A stretch of DNA of 47,549 nucleotides from assembly GCA_002633005.1 (NCBI GenBank), contig NMRA01001154.1, positions 1-47,549 of the forward strand, read 5' to 3'. Below, piece by piece: positions 1 through 12,700 of the stretch. Below the pieces are notes generated by a model. The model worked only from the letters and a program-made list of their open reading frames with translations. It ran no database searches and was not told the DNA's origin. Position 1 is the first letter of the stretch. The number at the start of each line of letters is the position of its first letter. This stretch comes from Phoronis australis (Eukaryota > Animalia > Phoronida). Both the position numbers and the translations under genes were made by a program.

Positions 1-646
1 CTTCCGCTTGCTGCTTTGATAACTGGCGCCAGTACTGGCAACATTGCTCAAAATTCTTGAGTCCTAGATGTCAAATTTGTGTTCCGACTTTCAAAATTCA
101 ATAAGCTAAACAGACACTCTTTTCACGACCTCTCAGAATATGTTAACTAAAAACTTCCCTGGAGGGTTCATGCTTGGTCTTATTATCTAGATAACCATAA
201 CACCAGCAGCTTATGGCTCCCAGATTTAATGTCATTGCCTACAGCTTCACGGTGTCTTTGATTATAGTGACCGAATTCTTGGTACACAAACCGATCGAGT
301 TGGCCAATGTCGGCCGGTGATGGTGTCATCGTGCATTCTTTTCATACCCAACGGATATTCATCAGTCTATAAATGTTTTAGTGATGTCTTCCTCTGTAAC
401 TAAGCTCGTTTGTTGCTGTTTTGATTAACCCCCGTCATGTGCTGGGAATATCAGGTTTGTATTCTTTGTGCAATGTGGAAAGGTTGTATTATGAATTTGT
501 TGTTATGTAATCAGTCGTGGAACATCGTCTCATAACGGATAGCATTGTAAAGGGCACATGTATCAATGACCATATCATATCATATCAAACCGTGTTTTAA
601 AATAATATACTACATTGTACAGTAAACTGCAGCGTTTGTGTTCCAG

Positions 647-776
647 AGTTTCTCAGCGAACGGCAAGGATACCATTGAGCTGTCATCTTCCCCTGAACTG
701 ACGCGACTAACCGGTCAAAGGTCATGGCTCACGTTCTATGACGAGAAGTATGTCAACATTAGGTACAAATGCACAG
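647..776 (+). CDS. Astacin gene exon: C-terminal part of the astacin catalytic domain
   Basis: ttccag|AGT..ACAG|gttggt; SFSANGKDTIEL..TGQRSWLTFYDEKYVNIRYKC matches the astacin FSxNGxxTI..GQR..D..N..YxC tail. Confidence 0.88.
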
Positions 777-3700
777 GTTGGTGTTCTTTTGTTTATTGGT
801 GTCAATAAATGAAGAAGTATATTGACTGTAAGAATAATGACATTGCTTAAAAGGATTCTATACACTGTTTTGACGGTGTCAACCAATCCTCTTTCTGTCG
901 CCCGCTAATACATCATTGGCGTTAGTCTTGAAATACGAAAGCGAAAATCAGCTGAAAACCCATTAATTTACATTTTGCAAATTACACAATATGGTCTTTG
1001 ATGGGTGGTCTTTTCCAAAACTGGACTGGAAAATCGTTTTAGTATCTGTTATTAGGCCAAAGCCGGGTTTGATATCCTTACAAATTACGCGTAGACTTAC
1101 ACTGTAACTTGTTGAAGCAGGTAGTTTCTCATGAGATGGCTCACACAATTCGAAATTGAATGACGATCGTTACTGATGACAATCAATCCCTTCTGATTCA
1201 TGCTTGGTCGTATTCCAATTCTTCAAAAGTTGTTATATTATACATTTAGTTCTTTCCTCACTAGTCCACAAAGATTCTGACGTCATTTTGCATTTAAGTC
1301 AAGGTGCCTACAAAGTCACACGTTATATTTTAGCCGGCTGTACCAATGACTGTAAAAATGATGGGTACAAGTTCAAGCAGAGCGACGGCACGTGCGTCTG
1401 TAAGTGCCCACCGCTGTTCGAAGGGACCACTTGTCAAAATCTTAAAACTGACACAGGTAAGTTGAGTGTTCAACATCGCTTGAAGGAGAATATTACTATT
1501 TGAGCCCTTTTTGATCAATGTGACATATTTTATCTGCTACAAAAGGTGATTTTGAGATGTTTTATTAACGTAGGTGATCGCTTGAAGTGTACTAGCTCGT
1601 CAAACCTGAAGCAAACTTCGGAACATCCCAGAAACGGCCTATTGGATTCATAATGAAATTTTCAGATTGATGTGAGAGATTTCTATTAAAATGTCCCCTT
1701 TTTGAATGAAGAGATGACAGAAATAGGATGGTTGTCATTTTCATGAAACATTTAAGTTGTATAAAACAAAAGCGAAATGATATTTTAGAAATTTGTAGCA
1801 GCATTTTTGAGATCTGACCTTGGACATCTATGTCGATTCAAATCAAGTTATTCATATCGTTTTTATTAAATTTTACTATAAAGGAAAGGCCACGGGATCA
1901 CTATACATTAAGGGAAAAGGCAGCCATTTTCATATCATTTTAGCAGACATATATTTCACTTAATTTTAGCTTTTCGTAATTTAATTAATTATTCCTCCTT
2001 TACTCCGGAAGTGACCTATTGGGAGGCAAGAATTTCGCGCCAATTCCTTTTCATACAGTCTGACTGTGAGAGCTGTCGAGTCAGTCATTGTTATACCTCG
2101 GCTGTGACAAGTTCTGTCGTCGTTTGCTTTTGTTTACGAGTCAGTCAACATGCCACACTGTTGCTGCGTAACGGGACGTGCTCATTATCGCCCAGAGCCT
2201 GTAAGCAGCCCTGCTGCGATGTTGAATAGAGAGAGTGAATACAGACACAGTTCGACACCCAGTGAAGAGGACAGTTCAATCAATAGATCGGTGAATCAAA
2301 CTTTGATAAGTTTATTGAGGAATTGTCTAAAGTATTGGAGCTCTTTAGAAGGTGCCTGGTGTGTGGCGAAGGAGTCACACAGGGGGATGTAAACAGTTTG
2401 TGTGATCAGGTCACAATCCAGTGGGAATGTGTCGCGGGACACTCGGAAAAGTGTGAAAAATATTCCTCTGTCCGTGAGACGTTAACAAGTACATCTCAGT
2501 ACGCAGCAACACTGTGGCATGTTGACTGACTCGTAAACAAAAGCAAACGGCGACCGAACTAATCACAACAGAGGTAGAACAATGAGTAACTCGGCAGCTC
2601 TCATAGTCAGAATATATGCAAAAATTGGCGCGAAATACTTGCCTCCCAAAACGTCACTTCCGAGTAAAGGACGAGTAATTGTTTAAATTACAAAAAGCTA
2701 TAATTAAATGAAAAATCAGTCTTGCCTTAATCAAAGAACCTCATTTTTTGCTACAAATGACATGGAAAAGATTGCCTTCGCTTTAAGGTCAAAAATCTAT
2801 CTTTCGAAGCTTTCTAATTTCAGAAAATATATATTCTATTAAACTGAAATGTATAATTTTGGCTAAATATGTATACCTGTCAACAAAGTCATACAAAAGC
2901 TCACCGTTCGTCAACTCGTTCCTTCTAAATGTATGCTAACTTAAAAACGAAGACGACTTTGCTGAGCGCTTGCAGTTACGTCATCACGATGCACACGTCT
3001 GCTTGTGTTACAGATGAGCTATTAAGATGTGTGGGGTTCATTAGGGATAATGTAATTGGATGGACCAAGGTTTTATCTAAACTACTCAAGTGTAAATGTA
3101 CCATAGGTTTTCGTTCCCAAATTCCAGCACATTGAGAAATTGGACTAACATCGTACACGTACATTAGTTGAAATCATAGGAATTTTTAAAACATCCAGTT
3201 GAGAAAACAGATCAAGTTTGAGTCTTATACGAAGAAATTTGTTCTGGAACCGGATGAGATAATAACGTCGTTTGATGTTACTGCCCTGTTTACCAGTGTT
3301 CCTCCTCAAGATGCTCTGTCCATTGCTGAGGATTTCCTTGCCAAAGACCCAGACCTCGACTCGAGATGTTTCCTGCCAGTTGCTCAAGTCTGTAATCTTT
3401 TGTCGTTATGCCTTAACACTACTTATTTTGTGTTTGACCAGTTGCATTACATTCAACAGCATGGATGTGCTATGAGCTCGCCCGTATCTCCCATGGTAGC
3501 AAACCTGTATATGGAGGTCTTCGAACAGCTCATTCTTAATCAATATCCTGGCCACCCACCTAGATTGTGGTTTAGATATGTTGACGACACGTGTGTTATT
3601 ATTCGCAAGAATGAACTCTCTGCTTTCTTCAAGTTCATTAATGAGTTTGACCCTAACATCAAATTTACCCAGAAACCCTGTAAAGATGGCAAGCTACCTT

Positions 3701-6700
3701 TTCTTGACGGTTTAGTCTCCATTAAACAGGACAGATCATTTGACACAAAGGTTTACCGCAAGAACACTCACACTGACCATCTTCAATTTCACTCGAACCA
3801 TCCTCTCATCCGCAAGCTCGTTGTGATTCGCACTTTGAACCACACAGTTAACACCACCATTTGTGATCCTTCGACCATTTCTGAGGAACTGAACTACACT
3901 AAAGACGCTCTTGCCAAATGCGGTTGTCCACGTTGGTCGTTCACCAAAGCGGAAAGATCAGTGAGTAGAAAAGTAAACACTCGGACAACCACTACTGTTA
4001 GTTCTCTTACTCGTGTGGTGATTCCTAACATTCAGGGCCTGTCTGGCCGCCTCAAGAGGACACTTAAACAGTTTGACATTTCTATTATCCAGAAAACCCT
4101 TTAATTCTCTCCGCAACCAACTGGTTAATGTCAAGGACAAGACCCCCAAGGTGAATAAATCATGTGTTGTTTATGGTGTCAGGTGTAAGGATCCCCAGTG
4201 CTCAGACAGTTTCATTGGTGAAACAAAACAGTCCATTAAAATGCGTATGTCACAACATCGTCGTCCTAATTACGGGAACACTTATGAGTTGGCTATTTTT
4301 AGCCACATGTGCGCTACTCGACACGATTTCAATACGGTTGAGGAAGACTGGTTCAAAGGGAATGCAAAGGAAGCTCTCCATGAGCGCATTGAGAGTCCCT
4401 TTTTAAATAAAATAGGCAGTTTACGGTTGACGTCAATGCCACGCCGTTTAGCCAAAACGCCACCAATTGGCCAGAATAACGATAACGTCACAAGCCAAGC
4501 TGAAGTCCGTGAGATGCGGACGCAACGTCGCTAATTTTTGTAAGTTTAAATTCCAGTATTAGACTCATACTTGATCTACCTACATTTGTTGTTCAGTAAG
4601 AATCCGTAAGAGGTTTTGTCCTACGCAGAGTGAACGTGGTTTTTCCAAAGGATACTTTCCCGAAAACAAAAATCATAAAATGAATGGTTCAAGTAGTGGA
4701 TTACAACTCCAGAAAAATGACTTTAGTTTTGAACGTTAAAGGTTCATTGTATTCCCAATTTCGACCTAATAGGAAAGTCACAAAATTACGTATAACTATC
4801 CGCAAACTTGACAGGAATGGGTGATAAAACTAACACCAAAGGGATTGATTAGGTAAGTTACACATGAATGTGTTTGCATTATACTGTACTTGTTCACAGC
4901 GACATACCTGAAGCATTCTTGCTATGTCCTTTATACAAATTTCACAAAAAATAACGAAAAAGGAAGTAACGGCAATGTCAATTAAAGCAATAAAATGGCG
5001 AAAACGTGTTTCTGACAGTGTAATGGCTTCTCGTTTGACGAGTCTTGGTCACGGTGAAGCTTTATCTAATTTTCTACCATACGTTTTGCTTGGAAAGAAA
5101 TTGGAATAAATATATTACAGAGAAATCAGTGTTGTTCACTCGAACACCATACGTGTATATTGGGGGACGACCTACCGAAATAACTCTTAAGTTATTACCT
5201 TAAATAACTATTAACAATTGCATCGATATTAAATTCTAGCCGAAATTGTTAATATATATTTAAGAACGCGAATACTGTTTTACATATAACTCGTTTTTGA
5301 TTTTTAACTTCTACTGCGACTACAACATAATTTCTTAGTACTATTCAAAACAATTAAACACGTCTACAAGGGTGGCTTCGCTTGGATATTCTCTAGCAAA
5401 GTGATTTTCAATTTCAACATAACTTGAATTACAAACTTTACTCAATCGTGCAGCAGTCTCTGTCCCAACGAATTGACCCGCCCTGATTTCCAACAGAAAC
5501 AAGAAATATCTCTGAGCAGAAGAGCAAAAACCATGAGTGTCATACAGTAGCTAGACATTGTCGCCGACTTTACGTTGTGGTACGTCATATCCCCTGCGGC
5601 AAACAGTGTAAAATTGGCCATTTGCCGATTTGCGCAATTGAACGAATGACTTCTCGAAAAAAATGTTTGATTACGGGAGTATATGTTCATGATGGAAGGC
5701 GTTGTAGAAATCGACAGTCTTCTAAGGTCTCTTTCAGTGCAGAATAGCTACTCATAGCAATGCTACTTTGATGGTTTAATCAACGTGAGGTATAATTCGC
5801 CGAAATGCGTCGGCGTCTGAAGGCCCTATGGGAGTACCGCGGTATCAACTGCTAAGTGGGGACGGTGGAACTGTCTACATAGAAGTCAGATTTGAAAAAC
5901 GTCGAAGCTTTGGCTTCGCATCAACAATATATTTCCAAGTCATTGTCCATTTCCAGTGCTTTAACATTGTAAACGACTGTAAAAAGACGTCACGCTTGTT
6001 CGAAGCAGGTTTTTCGGAGGCATCCATTAACATCACGGGAAGTAGGCGAGGCTACATGCATTCCGAAAGTGGCTTTAAATTAACCCGACCTCCGTCACAA
6101 AAACTTACGTTTGATTTGTTCCACTTACCGACACGAAATGGGTCTTAAATTGCTCCTTAGTCAAATTCAATTTAATTACATTGTAGAGGTCGTTTCTGTA
6201 TGTTACTACAGATCAAGCTCTACAATTCCGTCTGTCTTGGTGTGCCGTTTTATGTACATGCACCGAGCATGGTATTAACATTATCGAGCTGTCCGCTCTT
6301 TCCAAGCTCAGTAACTATTCTGGTCGAGACTATGTTTACTGTACTAAGTGATCTAAAGCAAATGCTTGGTAGATTTTAGCAACGCTAGGACCTACGTGTA
6401 CGCTAGGACCTAGCTAAAAGAATCATGTGTTCCCTTTTAAAATACACGGAAATATCTCTGGTACATGTAATCTCCCGAAGTCTTGCTTTTTAGCGAGGTC
6501 CCGGCGGTGCTGAAATCTACCCTGTTTCAATGTTTACGTCACTACATGTAGGACTTGTGATACTACACGCCTCATTTTACACTCAACAGGTTGTGGTGGT
6601 ATCGTACCTTTATCGAACGTTGGTGATACGACAGTGGTCTCCGCGCAAGCGCTAACCACTACGTCAAGTGACAGGAAGTGCGTGTGGCTGGTCGAGGTAA

Positions 6701-9700
6701 ATACATGTACTTGTAGATCTATGCATGATATCGAAAGCCGAATAGACAATATCGGCTAGCGTGTCACGTAATCTGAATTGAATACTTACAAGTTCACCAA
6801 AACGAGGCTCCTGTATATTGCAATGGCGCTTTCCAGTTCTTCCTCATGTTCTTGCTGCAAAAATGGTGGGAATCTTTGCAGTTGTTTGAACAGTACTTAG
6901 AAACAACCATAACACATGAGTTAGCGTCTACATCTAGCAGACTCTTGAATATTGTTTGTGATATCTATGTACTTTAGTCTTCATTACGTTTTTGCAAAGA
7001 CTGGTAATCTGTATTCGTCACTCGGTCACATCAATAATTATAATGTTATTTCGATACTTTTCCAAAGAAATCTTGTCTTGCGTTTTTTTAAAGCACACTA
7101 CTGCAAGGCCATATTTTCAGGCTTCCCAAATTAGCAAACAAATAGTTTATCAATGAAATCAAAATTTTATTCGTAGTACTTTCCGAAACATAGAATCTTT
7201 CAGAAAGAATAATGTTAGACCGGCAATCACATTCTCAGTTTCATCAAACCGATCACAGTCTAATGCTTCTGGCAGAACCAAAAGGTCTGGCAGTGAACGG
7301 GAAAGTTTGGAGAATTGTAATAAAATCGTACAACACACAACGGAAAGTACTGTTTCACAGCTCTGATCAAAGCTAACAAAACAACAATCTCAAGGATTCG
7401 GTCCCAGAACAGATACATGTATGAACTATGGTCAAAATTAACCTGGTGATGTTGTCTGATCTCTGCATACGAGCTTGGCTTAATACATAGCGTGTCACGC
7501 TTAAAATATGTACTAGGCAGCTTCAAGTCTAAAAAGCGCGTTCTACCAAGACAATAGTTGTATCGGGTGAGGTTTTGCAAGTCTTCCCGAAATATCATCA
7601 TCTACAGGTAGGAGGAATGGGACATAAAGCATCAACTGCCAAAGACTGAGCGTAATGTGATAACATCCAGTATTGTTAAGCCATGCATTGTTAGGCAAGA
7701 ATTTAAGTCGGCAAAATTATATATACAATTCTGAGAGCAGAAATTCGATTTTTGTCTTTATGCCAATTTGCCACTTATTAGGTTACGTGACCTTGCTCTT
7801 TAGAAAAAAATAGCCAGAGAGAAAGGCCCATCCAAGCTAAAACTACACGATCAATAACAACATGAAACTTAAAACCTGCGTGACACAAATTTTCAAGATA
7901 AAATCTCAAAAACGTTGCTACAATCTTCTAAATTATACTTTGGCTTTACCTCTATTCAACCAGTATTTTTCTTGAGAATCACATAGCCCTATTTTGATAC
8001 TCCGTCATGCAAAAGCGGAATATTCTAAGAGCAATTGTTCTCACTGTGTTGGAAAATAATGCCCTGTATAAGGGTATGTAGGGCCTTACCAAGATTTCAG
8101 ATTTGGCTGATTTTGTAATAATGTGTCTCAGAAAAGGAGATCGGATTCATTTCAAACTTTCAGATATGTTTATGTACTGTTCTCGAGTTATTTCATTGAC
8201 GACATACATGTATCGTTATCGATGCGCCTCCTTTTATATTTTTTTTACGAAACAGGCCTCGTCACGTTTATCCATGATGGCGATATGCCAAAAGTCAAGC
8301 ATTGAAATATACAGTATGTGCTTTCTGCTTTCAGAAAACATAATTCTTTTACAGAGATATAGTTTAAGGTTTTGTCCATATTTGGTTAGTTACGACGTAC
8401 ACATACATGTACATGTAGCAGTCCAGGACGTTAAGCTGATGATATCAGAAAGTGAAAACTAAAAAGTATTCCAACGTTATATGGAGTATTATGTAGACGA
8501 GTATAAAATGTAAAGCAAATAATAAAAATATGAAATTACGTACATTCACGTTAATGTACTCTCTCTTCCTAAGTATATTAGAACTCCGCCGTTGATAGCC
8601 GCTCGTGGAACTGTGCTGCGTGTTATGTCAATTTGCGCGATTTACATGTAGCGATGACGATAGCGAGCTCACAGTGCGCTGTTCAGGACCACCGGCGTTC
8701 TCACGCCACTATCTGTTTTCAATCACCAGACTTCAGCCAGTGCAGACTCGCGTGCTGATATGTCGCCCAGCAATAAGATTATGAAATATGTAAAAAGTGC
8801 AAAGATACCTCTATGCCAAAGGTCGTGGATCGAGGGGATCAAGGGGTGTTGTGGTCGAGGGGCTTCAGTACAATCCAAAAAAATTACTTCTTTTTGTAAA
8901 CCAACATCGAAAATCTTGATGACGTACATGTACACAAGTACCAAATTGGTTAGTTCTTGACTCATTACATCATGAGATGTATTTTGTTCTTAGGCGCCAG
9001 CAGGCAAGTATGTTCGGCTGCATTGGAACAGTAATAGTTTGGGCGACGACTGTGACAAACATTACTTGGAAATGCGATATAACTTGAAAGGACAGGATGG
9101 AGTTGAGTAAGTTTGGCTCTTCTTTTTTGCTACACAGTGCATGTTAAACGCCTGTAATAAAATATGGCTGCCATGAAGTTGGTTGGCCATTTGAACGGTT
9201 GGCATTTGTTTGCACTAGCTGTCGAAGGGATAATGAATAAGGTTTTATGAACAAATCATGTTGTTTAAAAATATAGCAGGGGACACATATAAAACAATGA
9301 AAATCGAGCGGGGATGCAAGGGTGGTAAGAGACCCAAGGGTTCATTCCCTGTTCCTCAGTTGGAGCTGTTAAATCATTCTGTTTACCATTTTATTGCTGT
9401 TTAATTGTTAAACCAGGAATCATGTTTCGAGTTTCACCAACGGCTGTGGTGTATTCAACTACAAATCTACTTTAATAGGCAAGATATAATGACAACTGTC
9501 TGACCCTTGAGATACTCATGACATTTCATGCCCTTTAATCCAGTTATGCATTACCGGCTACTTCACTTCCTAACACGCAACTATACATGTACTTTATGGA
9601 TGCACTTGAAAGGTTATCATTGCAATAGGCAATTACGTGTACATGTACCACGGCACCTGAACATTTGCTACACATTTCTTTTGTTTGGGAATTAAGGGAC

Positions 9701-12700
9701 ACTGGCGGACGTCGGTGAGAAGTGCTACCTGTGTCTTCTCAAAAATTTTAGACGATGCAAAGTGTAAAAACTATGTTTTTCCCTGATCGGCAAACATTTA
9801 ATTGCTGTAGAAGAAACGGAATATCACGGGCATTGCAACTGCTGTTCCTTTGTTGACATGTCTCAACAGCTGTACCTTTGTTGATATGTTCCAATCGTTT
9901 TGTGTATCTGCCAGAGGAAGATGACGTTACCACTTGACTATTTTCACCACCCCTTTCATAGCGGATTTAACATCCCCAACGAATGCAGTGAAATGACGGG
10001 CGCTTCAAAGAAACGCTCAAACGCCCAAGACCTTCCATGCATTCTATAACAATAATCGCGAATTAGAATTTTCTGGGACTCCGAAAAAGTAAGACACAAT
10101 TGCCGATGAATTATTGAGACAATACAATAGGCAAATGAGAGAACACTTAAAAAGAGTAAGAGAGTGGCAACATGATGTTTTGAAGGTTGAGTACTCTGCG
10201 GTTATTGAGACAATGGAGGTGGAAACGAACAGAGAACATGCCATGTTTTACAATGGTTCGGTAAGAAAGTTCACTGAATAAAAAAACGAGTTGCTGATGG
10301 TCACGAAATGAAACCGATCATTCTTCGAGGTCAACAACATTTAGATTTTCTCTAGCTTGTCCTTCCTCTATCATTTCCCGTCCACCGTATACCGTGCTCA
10401 GTTCATGTACATTGTAGATCAGCAAACCCTTGCCGCATGATGACTATATGCACATATATCATTCGTTCATCAAGGCGGGCGGGGATGTATGATATTTGAA
10501 TACACAGGAGGTAGATGTACTTGTAGATGGGGAACTGGACATACCGCATTCATTCATCACATTCTAAGAAATCTACTGCAGATGAGGTGGTACTCTACGT
10601 ATTAGTAATTTTATCAGCCTTGTTCCTACGATGCGTACTTTTGTTAAAATTTTGTTTTCGATTAAAATAGACCTGAAACTTGAAGTAATATTCAAAGCAT
10701 TGTGGAACTCGTAAAATCATAGTAGTTTCTTTTCCGCACGAACAAAAGTCAATCGAATTTGGTACAAACAAGGATTCACCAACTCTAATCCATAAAAACG
10801 GTGTGATAAAGTTGCCTTTACAAATACATGACCAGAACGTCGGAAGTGATGTCGACACAAACTATCGGTACGTCATGGAGTCAATCATCACCAGAATTAA
10901 GAAACGGTATTCCGTTTAATGTCTAAATGAGTCCACAATCGAGAATTCAGTTGCAGTATTTGCCATTTGCAGGATCTGTGGTTCCAACGTGCCTGAAGAC
11001 ATGTCATCTCTCGACGGGGATCAAAAGCCAAACTGGATCATGCTGATTTACTACGAGGCAAGCGTTGTTACATCTGGAGGGTTTTCAACAACTCTCATGG
11101 CAACGGATGCCAATGGTAAAACTATGCTTCTTAATGCTTTGCGTTATAAGTTTCCATGTCCTGAAAGCATTGCCAGATTCCAATGGAATCAATTCATCTG
11201 AAACCGTTTATGTGATTTTAGAGTAGGCCCTCATCCCCCTGGTCACACAGTTTGTAATGGAATCTGACATCGCTTCCTTAATACTGTGGGAGGCGAAACC
11301 TGGCTACAATTGACACGTAGTCTGTTCAAGTGACAACGCGGTATCTCTGTTCTGAAACTGGTGTGGTCAGTTTCTACTAGCTGATGCAGGTGAGGAGCAC
11401 GGAGTCAAGGGACAGGGCCCTGCTAAGCGAGTAGAACTGGGGTTCACAGCGTAGATTTACAAAACGTTGAATTATTTAATCCGGAAAGTATTATGTGGAA
11501 TGCAATTACGAAGGCAACTGAAGTTAAGGAGAGAATCGGACACAGTGCGGCCCCGCAAACAGCAGCCGAAGCGATAGCACGCAGAGCGGCAGAACAGTGC
11601 CCATACGCGTAACGAGAGCAACGTCACGACAACAACTTGAATAAGCCCCACGTTTGTACCCCATCAGTCAGGATGTGACACGTAACTGACATCCTTGGAC
11701 ATGAGTTCTGAGGCAATTCAAAGAATTTTGAAGGCGCACAAAAATTGCAGAGCTGTAGTTTCGTGCCAGATGTCGAGGTAATTTCACCAAGAGGACAAGC
11801 AGAGGTTCGACGTCTCAAGGTCAATTACTGACAGAATTTGAAGATCTCCCTATCTACCGAAATTGGCTTCCACACTTCATTTCACGTTTTCTATTCCAGA
11901 TCCATGTTTGTCCAACCCGTGCTACGGCCTGTCTACATGTGTATACAACATTGCCCAGGGAACACATACCTGCGTGTGCACTTCAGAGTATTCTGGAGCC
12001 GACTGTAGCCAGAGAAGTAAGGCGTCACTTTATTATCCCGTACTTCTCATACACATGAACTATGCGAAGTAATGTTAGATTCAGTTTTAGGATAAAACTC
12101 AAGGTACTGTAGTATTTTTATTGTATATAGGGCATTTTCTCTATCAATATATTTTTCATATGGGCCAGATGCCTTGGTGCTTGGAATGAACTTGAAAAGT
12201 TTGGCCTTAACGTTTTGGTTACATTAGGGTGTACCTACGAATATCACCACAGATAATTCATTCATACACGTATTGTTAACCGGACAAAAATGCACAATCA
12301 CTGTTTGGCCCGACATAATGGACGGTCATGTCTACATGTATCAGCGTCTACACTGTATGTGCAGATTTCGACGCATCCGCCTCTGAGTCATTCGAGAGAG
12401 GCATGGAATTGTTCCAACAGGATACAGATGATGACTTGGACTGGACTCGCATCAAGGGGGTACGTTTTCAAGGAACTAATCCTACTGTTAATTGTATAGC
12501 AAGGAATTTTGTGGTTTAATAAAAGCATTTTGTAATATGATTGATGAAACTTAGGTAAGCTGAATTTCCACCATGTTCAGCGTGTTTCTCTGAATACTCC
12601 TTTTATCCTGCTTTGCTTTCATTACTAAGTCAAGTTTGGCGTTGGTACAATCCGAGAATGAAGTCTACGTTGATTTGTTTTGATAATTGAAAACAAATGA

